DNA from: Tubiluchus corallicola
Taxonomy: Eukaryota > Animalia > Priapulida
Direction of reading: 5' to 3'
NCBI GenBank assembly: GCA_030141605.1
Contig: JAQGDQ010002367.1
Coordinates: forward strand, 620,001 to 684,000
Length of the DNA: 64,000 nt
Numbering within the stretch: the stretch's first letter is position 1; every line of letters begins with the position of its first letter. The notes beneath the pieces are model-generated. The model was given only the letters and a program-made list of their open reading frames with translations, ran no database searches and was not told where the DNA came from. The position numbers and the translations under genes were made by a program. Of this stretch, positions 1 to 21,078 are shown piece after piece.

Positions 1-175
1 ACACCTTGCCTACATAGCTATAGGACTGTATTGCAATAAAACTGTTGACTTGGCATTGCCACACTCTTTCTTTTGCATTAATAGACACATGCCTACAAAC
101 CGTCAATGTATAAAGACGATATGTGAGACATTCAGTGCATTGCATTTTTCACACTTGTTCTGTCTAGGTCACAAA

Positions 176-8424
<8,249 letters not shown>

Positions 8425-9748
8425 GAGGCTGAGATGCTCTAGAGAAAATGTTATAGGCTTTTTAGTCACTTTGTAGGTCTTTCACAAACTTATTGTTTTG
8501 TAACTCTTAGCATTAACCTGTGTTTGCTTATGAATGGTGAGCAAGAATCCAAGTAACAGTAATTATTGTCTTGATTCAGACAAGTTCGAAACTTGACCAA
8601 TCGCTGCTGAGCACAGTGAATTGACCACAGCTTCAAACATTTGGATACTTTCAAGAGCCAAACACACAGCAATAGGTAGCCTAGCATGATTCTGTCACTT
8701 GTGGTTCTTCGGTATACCCAATCTTGAACTTGGACAAATTCTCTATTCTGACCTTGTGCTCATCTCTTATTTTTTGAAATAATAAAAATAGTAAGTTGAC
8801 TGATTTTCATAACTCATTTAATGTATCGTACTGATTATTTTTTACAAATTTTCAATTTATTCAGAAAAAATTTTATGTCTATATTTACAAATAAGTTATT
8901 TTTTATTAAATTTATTAATCGTGCTTTAGTGATGAGATGTGATAGTTAAATTTTACTGAAGTTTAGTAAATAAATAAATTTTGATAAATAAGCTGTTGTG
9001 TGATATTATTAATAAAGTATTTTGTCAAAGTGAGGCCAGTAAGCTGGTTAACATAACAAGTGCAAGCCACTCTTTCATCTGTTATCAAAACTGCTATAAG
9101 TTAAGAACTGCACCGTAACACACTAGTGTGTAGTTTAAGCTTCAATAAAGCAGAATTAAAGGGACCGTGAAGGCTCTCATTTTGTTTGATAGCAGTGTTA
9201 TTTGGTAGTTATGGCAATGATGTCGACAGTAATCCTGATCCGGACGGTAGCATCGATGATGATGATGACGTTGACGATGATGGTGGTGGTGTATGATGAT
9301 GGTAATGATGATGATGATGGTGACTTTAAAGATGTGGAAGTGGCAGTAATGGTGATGTCATTCTTTGTTGTCATCGTTGCTGTGACCACATAAGTGAAAT
9401 AATAGCAATTCCTCGTTCAATTTTCTGGTGCAGATACTTACTCAAAATTTCAAGATGACGTGAATCCCATACAAGCAAGTTTTACGTTATTTGGAACCTG
9501 ATGATGCGATTAATCGCACCAACTTGTAATGATGTTCATTCGTGCTTTGTGCAGTAGTATATAAAAATGCTTTTTCTCAGTGTTAATTACCATTTACTTA
9601 TAACATACTAAGATATTGGGTCATATTTGTTTGATTATGGACTATGGAAAAACCTATATATAGATTAATGCATCCCACAATGTAATTTTGTTTGTGAACA
9701 ACAGCTATTGTTATAACCTCTATAACCAGGCGATTAAGAAATAAATGC

Positions 9749-9870
9749 AATTCAACCCGTGTCACTTGTCAAGGGGGTGCACAATTCAACCTAGGTCACA
9801 TGTCAATAGGGGCCACACAATTCAACACGTGTCACGGGGCTGCACAATTCAACCCAGGTCACGTGTCACC
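9749..9870. repeat. short minisatellite, about 4 degenerate copies of aattcaacc(c/t)..gtcac.tgtca..ggg
   Basis: Repeated aattcaac...gtcac motif between the racemase and B4GAT1-like 3' ends. Confidence 0.7.
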
Positions 9871-10070
9871 AGGGTCCCAATTCTCATATAAATATTATTA
9901 AAACACATGTAAAACGTATGTCAAATGAAAACTGAATAGCGTTGCAATTAGTTATCCTATTTGCACAGGGGATTACACGGTTTGTCTCGTGGACTTTCAG
10001 AGATAATACTTTCTTGGCAATACACACTCCTTTGTACACGTTTAAATGTTATGCAAGACATTATTTAACA

Positions 10071-13000
10071 TCAAAAATCGGTTTTCCCAGTATGAGTATT
10101 CGTCTTATTTATAGTCCAATTGTTGCTCCCAGTTTGTAATGCATTTGTTGACGTTTTAGCTACCTTGTTAAGAAATTTAAATTTTCCTACAAAGAAGCCT
10201 AGCGAATCTTCGTCTTTTGATTTCTTTGCTGTACAACTTCTCACTAAATCTCGATGATAGTACTTGTATTTTGATATCATCCTTTTGACATAATCATCAA
10301 AAAGTGGCTTGTTTTGCTCTATATTTGCGCCGTACTTTTTTCGATAGCTCTCCTTGTCTGTTACGATACCCTTGTGTACGAGGAAAGCGTTGTCTAACAC
10401 CACGAAGGCGTAATTCTGCAAACACATTTCGAATAAATGCTGTATTTTATCGTATCCATTGCCCCTGAATTGTTCTTCGTGCATGGGCTCTTTATTAGTA
10501 CCTGAAAAAAAGATTTAAATGAATCGGAACAGACGATGAAATTATGTGCGCCACATATAAATGCATATAATTACGCTTATAGTTTCTTGAACATTAGACA
10601 TACTTGACGCCTGACAGCACGCATATTTACATCTTTTCCCAGAACTGCTTCATTATGGAATTTCTTACTAGCACCTGCTTATATTCTCGTGCAGTTTTGT
10701 GTGATCGCTGAGAGTCCTGTACGTGTCTGGCTTCTATATCTCACGTGCATTTCATTTTAACTCATTTTCTTTTTATATAATGGCCGCACATCTAAACTTA
10801 ATACACCTCAGCATACTTGCCAGAAGGCTTGTTTGACATCATTATCAATGACAACCCTCTAAAATAAGCCACTGAACAAGCTGAGGTGCATCAGCCACGT
10901 GCGGACATATGTACACCCTCATTCTACGAGATAAACAGCCAATGTTGGTGTAGCTCATTCGTAGCATGCTCGCTTTCCACCTCGGAGGTCGCGGTTTCAA
11001 CTCCAGTACGGCTGTTTCTTGGCCCAAGCGCCCGGACTATATCCTGAACGAAATTATTTTTATTATAAGGTAACATATGTATATTATATTGTTGTTTTTT
11101 AATTATAATGTTATTATTAAAAAATATCAATGATACTCTCCTGAGCAAGTATGGAACCCATGTCATTCGCATAAATCGCAGGCTCTTTACCTCCGCCACT
11201 AACTTGCCATGTAAATTAACATATACTGTTTCAGTGATAAATAATGTTTGCTGCCATCGTGTGCAGCTATTTCACCATGTAACAGACACAGCGCCATCAG
11301 ACGTCAGCGCTGATTGTTCCCTGCTAAGTAGTGCAGTATTCCAATGAACCGTTTACTACATTATCCGTTATTACGTAATTTCCTTACTATTTTTGTGTTA
11401 CACATGTTAATTTGGTGTATAGATTAGTCATTTAAATTTCAGGTATTTTTTATAACTTTTTACGTTTCACATTTGCTGGTTACCGTTAGATTATGGGAAG
11501 TCGTGATTTAAATATTAATAATGGTTTGAAAGTTGTGCACTCATCATAGAGGACTTTTCACTAGCTAACTATGGAGAAAAAGTGGCTTTTTAATTTTTTC
11601 TCTAGTTGGATACTGAACAAGTGGTTGTTCTAGGTTTTTAATTTGTTGAAATGCGTGTTTATCGTGTCACTTTCCACATGTCAAAACCTTTAAGTCGTTT
11701 CAGGTAGAAACACTTTGCACCGTACACCGTAGAATATTTAATTGCTGTAATTATTTAACTTCCTCATTGCGCCTTACATAATAGATTTCGCTACCAAGCA
11801 ACAATTTCTCGTCTAATGGTGTTACCATGGTCAGTAAAGTAGAATCTTGACCGGTGGAGTTGATTTAATATCTTGGCTTAATATGATTATTTGTTGCTTA
11901 ACGGAGGTTAAGAAACTCAATTCGTCCTGCAGACAAACCGCTGTGAGTGCAATTCTCTCTCAAACAATTTTTTGTGATCATACAGACATACGGCGCAAAC
12001 AAAAAAATGTAACATTTACTGATGATGGTACAAGCCTGCAATTAACTTAAACTGATAACTTGAAAAACAGGAAATACGAAAAATTGGCATACAATCTATA
12101 TTTGAACCAGGGCCTCTGCTTACAAAGCAGGTGCCATGATCGCTAAACTAGTCTTTGATGACGATAGCGATGACGACAGTCAACAAAGTTCCTCCCTTAC
12201 AGGATACTGACCTAATCAGCATTTTCACTGTTAGATGACGCACGCTAAACTAATTCTCTCTAATTAGAGTAATTTTAATTTTGATTAATCTTCAGCTTGT
12301 GTTTATCTATTAAGATTAATTTCTAACTTACGTCTGCTCTCCTGTTTTCTAAAATAGTTGAGCCAGTATCAGCACTAACTATGACCACTGGGTTGCTAGT
12401 GGACACACAGTACAGGGCGGCAGGAAACGCTAGACTTGCTATACAAAAATTAACATAAATATAGATGTAAATGTAGTTTAGTATTTTATTTCTTATTTAT
12501 TCTGTCTATGTCATGGTTTTCTCCGTTTTTATCTACTCCCTTCGGTTTCTTCTGTGCAATTGGGGAGGGAGCAATAAGTAAGTGTCTCCCCTTACATGTA
12601 CCATACAATCTGAGTATATTAACTATAGGTGCCTGTAACATAAAATGAGCTAATCTAGGACAAAATGACTTTTTCAGGTTTCTATCATAATTTTTACTAT
12701 TTTCTTGAGATAATCCTGATAAACTAAAGCTGTGTTGTTAAGGAATTGCGAAGTACAAAAAAAGGGGACAGCTGTATAAAATGTAAAATGCTGTGGTATT
12801 TAAATGCTTTGCGACGTCATTTCAAAAAATGGGGTAATGTCGGGCACCTGCAAGTAATGTCGGACAGTTGGGCAGGGTAGCGTCGGACGTAATTAACAAC
12901 TTCGTGGTTATGGCATTTGAATTCTAATAAATGGTTTGCAACATCGAGGCTGATCTGTGACGACATGAGAGAAATGTTATAGAATAGAATGGGCAAGTGC

Positions 13001-15457
13001 CAATGCCCTCAAAAATTGTCTCCGTGTTGGTCATCTGAGAATAATATGCACCGATGGCAGATTGCATTTAATTGTAGCTGCTGAAGTTTCCCCTTTTATT
13101 CTTCTAGTTTTCTATATTTGTAGCGTTTTTACCTGCCGTTTCGATAATGGTTTTCCCCATGTTTCTAAAACGATCAGAGCCGTTTTATTTTTACATTTTC
13201 GCTCAAATAGCCAAAAAATCAATGTTATTTTTCTGCACAAAAAATAATTAATTCCAACGAGAAGTCAGAAACAGAAAAATTCAAATGTTCGACATTAACC
13301 TAGGCATTCATGGTAAAGTTGGACATTAACGTAGGCCTTCATGGTAAAGTTGGACATTAACCTAGGCCTTCGTGGTAAAGTTGGAGTACTTCGGCGTGTT
13401 GTATAATAAAAGACAAACACGGTGCTTTATAAAGTGTGGCATAAAAGCATTAGGGAAGAAGTAACTTACAAAATAAACTATTTCTGAGGAAGCTGTTGTA
13501 AATAATCACTGCGGTAAGTCTATTTATCGGCAAATTAAAAAATGTTAATGCTATTATGGATAAACGTACGCACTGAGCGAGCCTGTATGTTCATAACCAT
13601 AGGGCGGCTAGAAGACGAACTGTTAGGCAATAGCGAAAATGCTGTTCTAAAGATGTGACGTGGCAGTATTAACAATGAAAGGAAAAATCAACGTCCAGGT
13701 AATTTAATAGGTTTTAAGAAAACGTAAAACTCATTGTCTGACATTAGCCTATGTTCGACATTTGGCCCTATCTGTTATACTATACCTATGTAAACTGGCT
13801 CCCATGTGAATGGAATCCACTTGGTTAGGTAGAATATTTCCAGTGATTTAGATGTTTTCCAGTCCAACCATTCTTGGTAGTAAGGTATTCCGTGACATTC
13901 TTCACACGTATTCTATAGCGGCAATAAAAACGTTTAAAGAAAAGAATAACAAGCGTAATGTATTATTGCCCATGGCTCTGCACTGATTTTCTATTTGATC
14001 AAATATCATCATTAGTAATTGATCACTATCGTCAACATCACCATCGACGACGACGTCAAGGACGGGGTCACCTCACATAGTAATAATTTAAAATCTATAA
14101 AAAGTTATAAAAAATCATCCCTAACTATAAATGAACGGGTAGTTATGTACAGTTATTAATCAATTATTTGGTTAACTGAAGATGTAAAGTCATTGTATGT
14201 ACAGACATTTGGATGTGGCTAGGAACACTTCTGTTAGTTCAGTGTCTCATCCTTGATAGCGAATTAAGTTATTGTCCAGTCACTACCATTTACATTAACT
14301 ACGTCTGAATGCTTATGTACAACACAGGCAAGATACATGCTGAGAATGAATTCAATTGGTGAGACACTTTGCCGAGATGTAGCCACTTTCGTGGGTTCAT
14401 GTTTGAATGTATCCTTTCTCGAAACCAATGTTTTACTTACATTATGGAAGGGCACTGCGCGCTTGTTAGCCAACAGTCTCTTCAACTCCTCCTTGTCATT
14501 CGGCATCTCCTGGTTCTCGGCAATCTCAAAAAGTGGGATCACGTAGGCGACATTACCCGGTGGGTGGATATCGTTTCTGTCTATCATCTCAAAGAAGCTG
14601 TTCATCAAATTAGGAGTAGGCTTTAGTTCGATATCCACTAGCAGAATGTGGTCAGTATAAACTGCCAGACGAGCAGTATTTCTCCCAACGTTTATAGGAT
14701 ACGTGCCATATTGGGACATGTCCGGACCGTCCTTAGGAGCCGCGAGCACATCGCTGCACTTAATCGTGGATTTTTGTTCTCGTTTGTGTTTGTAGGGAGG
14801 CGAGTATGTGGGGAAAAATAGAGAAACCGTAACTTTGTTGAGGAAGTTGGTTGAACAGTTTCTGTACAGTGAGATTCTGTCCATGACGAATTGAAAACTG
14901 TCACCTGGCGTATATATTGCTGCTGATATAGGTCCATCAAACCTCTCAGCAAGATCAGGTAAATGATGTAAAAACTGCCAAGACAACTGAGTTGCAATGG
15001 TCATCGACTTCTGGCGTGGGAACTCCTCATCGGATTGGATGAAATTTAGGACTTTTGTGTAGTGAAGAATTTTATCCGTGACGGGATCGTGAAATTCTGT
15101 TTTAATGACCTCTTGAAATTTAATACTTATAAGCTTTTCCCGTTTCTGAGTAGTAGTAGATGGCACAGACTGTGATCTGGCTGCTTTTAATTTTGTCACG
15201 TCATAGTAAGTCGACATGTTTATATCACTTATGGTACTACTACGTTGGTATGTTTTATTTTGAAAACTGTTACCATCCTTGTTCGAAGCTGCTGTTGTAC
15301 ACTTTACCCTCATTTCACAATCAGTGTTGTTTTCGCCTACCACTAGCGCTCCTCGAATGCGAAAACCGCCAAGAAAAATAAATAAGGTTTGCAGAAAAGA
15401 TACTATCAGCACTACAACCTGAACACACAGCAAGGAACGAGTCTTCATTCGAAACAT
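10071..15457 (-). CDS. B4GAT1-like: beta-1,4-glucuronyltransferase 1-like (GT49 family) type II membrane glycosyltransferase, 3 coding exons, 524 aa
   Basis: Exons 15457-14441, 13912-13786, 10501-10071 (1575 nt, GT-AG). N-terminal TM (LLCVQVVVLIVSFLQTLFIFL); motifs TIATQL, RFDGPISAAIY, YPINVGRNTAR, LLVDIELKP, AYVIPLFE, PFHNNTCEECHGIP, WEPVYIG, EPMHEEQF, FVVLDNAFLVHKG. Orthology versus paralogy not resolved. Confidence 0.88.
10946..11015 (+). repeat. degenerate tRNA-like segment (probable SINE head or tRNA pseudogene)
   Basis: tggtgtagctcattcgtagcatg (box A-like) ... ggtttcaactcc (box B-like); anticodon and acceptor stems do not pair cleanly. Confidence 0.45.
12832..13770. mobile_element. degenerate MITE-like element with imperfect terminal inverted repeats and an internal 31-bp tandem (13291-13385)
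   Basis: Left ggggtaatgtcgggca/gtaatgtcggaca is mirrored by right tgtctgacattagcc/tgttcgacatttggccc; about 3x ggacattaacctaggccttcatggtaaagtt inside. Confidence 0.45.
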
Positions 15458-16989
15458 ACTAACTCGTTTTCGCCCAAAAATGTAGAACTCAAAGCTTTGT
15501 TAAACTAAGAACAGCCGATAACTTTACTGTGTGTTGTATATTTTCAAGTTTCTTAACGTCTTTGATGCTCGACGCAAGATCTGCTGATCACTTGCACCAC
15601 AAACTGGCGTTTCAAATTGGAAGGTCAAGCTATTGTTATAATTAGGAGTCGTAACATTACTTCCTACATCCATCATGATGCAACGAGCACCACTAATTAC
15701 AAGCTGAAGGCAATGAGTGAACATTCACTTTAGGTATCTCAACCCTTCCATAATTTGTCTGCAACAAGTGTAGATATGTGTTTTCCCAGTTACTGTACAA
15801 CCACTAGTTTAAGTGCTATTTGTTTTTCGTTAAGTAATTGTGTTAATGCTGACGCTGTTGTTGCTGCTGCTGCTTCTGATAATAATAATGATAATGATTT
15901 ATGCCCCTTATAATGGTGCTGAACATGAGGTGCAGAAAGAGGAAGAGGAAGACTACTTCAGAACAGCAATGAGTGCGGTAACAGCAGCGAGAATTTTGTG
16001 CAAAAAGAACACCAACCCTCACTTCTATTATACTGGCCTACAAATGTAGGAAGTACATCAAACCTACCTTCTTACTAAATAATTTTAATCTCACAAAAGT
16101 TTAATCTCATACGTCTACGGCTGTGCGTGATCGATTTAAAAACGTAGTTTACGAACAAAAGAAAGAAAACTCATAAAGCGTTTACTATTCTAAATATCAA
16201 CAACTAACCAATTATTTATTTGCGAATAAAGGTAATCAAACTAGAAACGCTAAATAAAACTTTTATGGCTAACATTACAACATAACTCTTCAAATATATT
16301 ACGCAAAAATTGTTGATTACAACGTTACATGGTCATATGCAATTTGGTAATCTCACGCTTTTAAATATTTAACGTACAACGATGTTAAAAATGGTAAAAC
16401 AAATAATGTACGGTTATATATATATCCTACATTGGCTTAGATTCAGGCACTAGAAGCTACAAATATCAAGCACTGCTGCCAATGAAAAATCGATCATTAC
16501 AAAAGTAACATAATGAGTGTAACAGCCACCAGCCATAACGTCCTTTGATTACTATTGCCTAAAAAGAAAATTAATAATTAATTAAAATTGAGCTCGTAAT
16601 TAAATTATTAAGTTGAAAGTAAAACCCGAATTATTTAAACAGGGGTTAAAATTGCTGTAGTAAAAAATTAAGTTTCGCATTAAATGTCACATTATAATTT
16701 CTAGCAATTGACTTTGCTAACCTGAAGTTGAAATCATTTACAACTTATTATTTTCGAGTTTATTAATAATTCATTACATTTTTGAAAAAAGAAAACATAG
16801 AAAGGTAAGCAAAAATTATTTACTAAGCATTTATTATAACAGTGCTATATGTAAACAGTTTTGTAAGTTGATATGTTTCCTACTTCAATTTCACAGCTTC
16901 AACATCTGCTCAATATATGTGAAAATTTTGCTTTAGAAAATATTATGCTATAGCTCTGATAAGAGGATAATGCTTATATTCCATATCCA

Positions 16990-17330
16990 GAAGATATGCT
17001 GATCTCTTGTGTTCCAGCGTGATTCTAAATGGTTCTAATGTTAATTTTGTTATTGACCAGAAATATTTGGGTTACAGGTCGACTAACACTGATGGCAACA
17101 CATTACATGATGCTCTTGATAATAAACATCAACGTTGTTTATTATGTACAAGAGGACTCTATAATCTTTCTAGTCGCTGTAGCGCAAGCCAAATGTATGT
17201 CAGCTACAATGTACGTAGTTTTCCTGCACATGTAGGAAAGCTGTGTTCAGTCTCAGAAGTAGGCTGTCTCTTTTGGGCCAGAATACTGTTACTGTATTAA
17301 TAACTTTCTGATATTAGTATTAATAACGTA
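16990..17330 (+). mobile_element. decayed non-LTR retrotransposon (LINE) RT C-terminal fragment
   Basis: Translates to LNGSNVNFVIDQKYLGY (the KYLG motif at the end of LINE RT domains), followed by degenerate sequence. Confidence 0.5.
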
Positions 17331-17509
17331 CAATACTGATAAAATTTTTAGTTCGAACAGTTTTAAGTTTTAACTTAAAAGAGAATTTTGATATACCTTT
17401 CTAACTAACCTTTTCTTGTGTATAAGCTTATTATGTTTCTGTAAACTAACTCTGTGCTTGTTTTACTTGTTTTTACTTGTGCTTTATTTTTATTCTTGTT
17501 TTATGGCCT

Positions 17510-19320
17510 TTAAATGTCTGAAATAAAATAAATAATAATAATGTGGTACCACACTTCCAGGATACTCAATATTATACAATAATATAAATGAAGAACATTA
17601 CCAGTGGAACGACATTGGTAAGTGGAACACGTAGTACACTTGGTCAGAGCTCGAATCTTAATTCCTTCAAGTTCTACTGGTTTGCTACAGACGCCCAAGG
17701 CAGTGTTTGATTCCCAGTTCCATTCAGAGCTCCAGAGCCAGTGAAGTCCACAGTCACAGATTAAAGGATTGCCTAATGCGTAACAAGAAATAAATAATAT
17801 GCACGTCATAATGATGGTACAAACTCACAGCTAATCATACTTTGGCACGAAATTTGAAAAACAGAACAGGAAAAAAGTTGAAATATAATCTGGATTTATA
17901 CCAACGACCTTCGATTTACAAGACAGACGCAGTGGTCAAGGCAAGTCCAAATAGCCAATGTCATCCCCTATATTTGCGCAACTAAATCGATTTCCAACTT
18001 TTTTACGCTTCCTGTCTTTTGAGTTCATTGCGCGTTTATACCTTTATTTATAATAACCTTGACATTAAGATTACTATAATTATATATATCGCAGTATAAT
18101 GAAAATTCCATCTTTATCTCTTAACATAACAAAATCTGTATAAAATTACATTAGCTTATTTCGTAAACTGCGTTGATGGAAATCTAGCTAAATATTTAAA
18201 GCTGTCGGAAGTTTGAACACATTTGCAATTTTAATAGAACGTTTTTAATCGTGTTAGTTAAAAAACTGTAGTTTATTAAAAAATAACTCAACGTCAGCAG
18301 TTAGTTGAATTTTTTGGGCTACTCTTGCTTGAGTAGTAACTTTATAAAGCTGTCTCTTTCGCTGTGTTGTTGTTCTAGTTCTGGTTGTTCACGCGCAATA
18401 AGTTTTTATTTTCTGACGTCACAGTAAAGTTACTCTGCATTCTATGCTTTTACGATCAAATGGATTCAACGTAAAACGATAAATAGCTAGTTGGGCAGAA
18501 AGAAGTCAATAAGCGAATAACTCAATGCTTCGCATTGTAGATTAGTCATTTAGAGAAAAATAAATAGAACTTTGCTTTAATTAAGTGTTCCGCGGTGATA
18601 ACTTAATGTGCTGACTTCAACATATATACACGCCTTCGCTTAATCATCTGTTTATTGCAGTAACAAACAATTTTAATGTTTTTGATACATTATCTTTACA
18701 TTAAATACAACAAACTCACCTTCGATATTTAGTGAGATTGATTTTGTCTGAATGTCAGGGTGAAACATTGGCTTGCTTATGCGAGATATGTTGTTGTTCT
18801 TCAATTGCAACGAATCTAAGTTTGGAAGGGTTGACAGATCAAGATTAACGGACTCTACGCTGGGACTGTTGACTATAGAGATCTCGTACAGACGAGTTAG
18901 CGATATGAATGCTCTGGCATCAATCGAAGTTACATTGACCTTGTCGAAACTAAGTGAAGTTGTTCCCTTGACACCAAGAAATGTCTTCTCAGTCAACTGC
19001 AAACCCTTTTTGTTACTTTCCAGGCTAAATTTCTCCACCGTTTTTCCATACAGAAACTTTTCTGGTAAGGCATCCCCCTTGTAGTAGACGAGATATAGTT
19101 CCCCAATTGGTTGATCGAGTCCCTTCACTGCCCGTTTTAACTGCGATTCAGTAAGATAATTACAGATGATTTGAGGATTATTGTCAGAGTATGATTCCTC
19201 GCAAGTGCAACCCGCGTAGATGTAGTCAAATTTTCGACATTTTCTGATTACTTTACTTCTACATGGTAAAACGCACAAGAGTACGGCGAATAAACACAAA
19301 TAGAAACACTTCGTCTCCAT
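17510..19320 (-). CDS. secreted or membrane-anchored leucine-rich-repeat protein, 2 exons, 287 aa
   Basis: Exons 19320-18720 and 17772-17510 (864 nt). Signal peptide METKCFYLCLFAVLLCVLPCRS, LRRNT (C...GCTC...IIC), divergent LRRs (LSTLPNLDSLQLKNNNISRI), LRRCT GNPLICDCGLHWL...GVCSKPVELEG, hydrophobic C-terminal tail. Confidence 0.85.
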
Positions 19321-19905
19321 TACGCCAGATGTGTGTGACAAGCTAACAACCAAAATGTTATAAGTGGCTTCACTTACCTCCACTTCAGAAGTACTTGCTG
19401 AAATATTTGTGTTCCTTTAGATTTTGCGCAGATGCCCCAAGTGGGCTTCCAAACAGGGGGCGGTTCCACATTTCCCACATTTCACCCTTCAAAACCATCA
19501 GTATTACATATATCCATATTCAGAGTTCATACCATTAGCATATGTAAATCATGTAAACATACTAATGTTGTAAGTTTCAACTGCAATCAATACATGGTGG
19601 TTTTATGCTCTTTGTGATTAAATTTTGTTTCGAATGCTTAGTTAGTTCAATTTAGTTCTTAATTTTTTACAGTTCTTTGTTTTAGTAGGCTTTAAAAGTT
19701 TATAACAAAATATTATAAAAATAGTTCCTAATGCTTGTTTAGTATAAATTAAGTTGTTAAATTTGTTTAGTTAAGTGTATATGTGTTTGCCTTTATGTAT
19801 TCATTTCTAAATGTTTGTCGTGTGATCTGCTACTTAATTATATGTAAACTTTACTAATTTTAAGTGGATTGACGTACATTAACATTACTGACCAAACGTA
19901 TTTCC

Positions 19906-20316
<411 letters not shown>

Positions 20317-21078
20317 AGCATGACTAAAACGCCAATAAAAACCTGTTTACAAGCAGTTACGGTGTTCATTTTATATGGGTGCATGTGTACGTACATGTGT
20401 GTTTTTGAAAAATTAAATATTGTTTGAAAATAAGGTAGGTCCCGGTGAGAGATTAACGTAGCGAAACAGCCCACCGTGCATTGCTACGTGAAACCATGGT
20501 GCATGATGTGTTTTGACTTTTACTATAGCTTCTAAAACTGGTTTATTCAAATTGAACTTGTCAGGGTATGTAAAACTATGAGCTACGCTTTTCGGCGGTG
20601 ATTGAAACACAAAACTGTTACGTGTAGAAGCAGCTCTAGGGAAAACTTAGAAGCGAGAAATGCAATCCTTTATAAATGTAGTACCATTGGTAAGAAAAAA
20701 CTGAAGTGTTTGTGCGTATTATTAAACGTCGTATAAATAATAACTTCTTTACGAAAAGTTTTGAAGTAGGATAGCGCAAAAATATTGACGTTATTTATTA
20801 TAACTTGTGCAATCCTAATTGGACTAATTTCCTTAATCTTAGAAATAATTCATCTTATAAATTATGCCCTGAGTTAGTCACCACAGCATGTGCATATTAT
20901 TACAATATGCGCCTATACTCTTGCAACACCTGCGACAGATGCCTATACCACATTATTATACAACACAAGATAAGAATTTAACATCTAAAATGCAGATCAG
21001 CTATGATTCTCAACGGCACGCGACACTTGAAAATTCGTAGAATGATGTGATTGTGCATTAGAGAATTAGAATTTTGCA

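Noticed and set aside
50-175. N-terminal extension of the racemase from TTG at 50
   Set aside because: Intronic: an acceptor lies at 166-167 and family homology starts at ATG 176
9498-9535. ctgatga + tgcgattaatcgca hairpin as a hammerhead ribozyme
   Set aside because: The required GAAA is absent (ccaac follows) and there is no stem I
10946-11015. Functional tRNA gene (also tRNA-like segments near 12100, 26080 and 48045)
   Set aside because: Cloverleaf stems are broken; better explained as SINE heads
14264-14440. ORF-track C-terminus of the 397-aa ORF (VSKTLVSR...)
   Set aside because: Intron read-through after a GTAAGT donor; GT49 homology continues in exon 13912-13786
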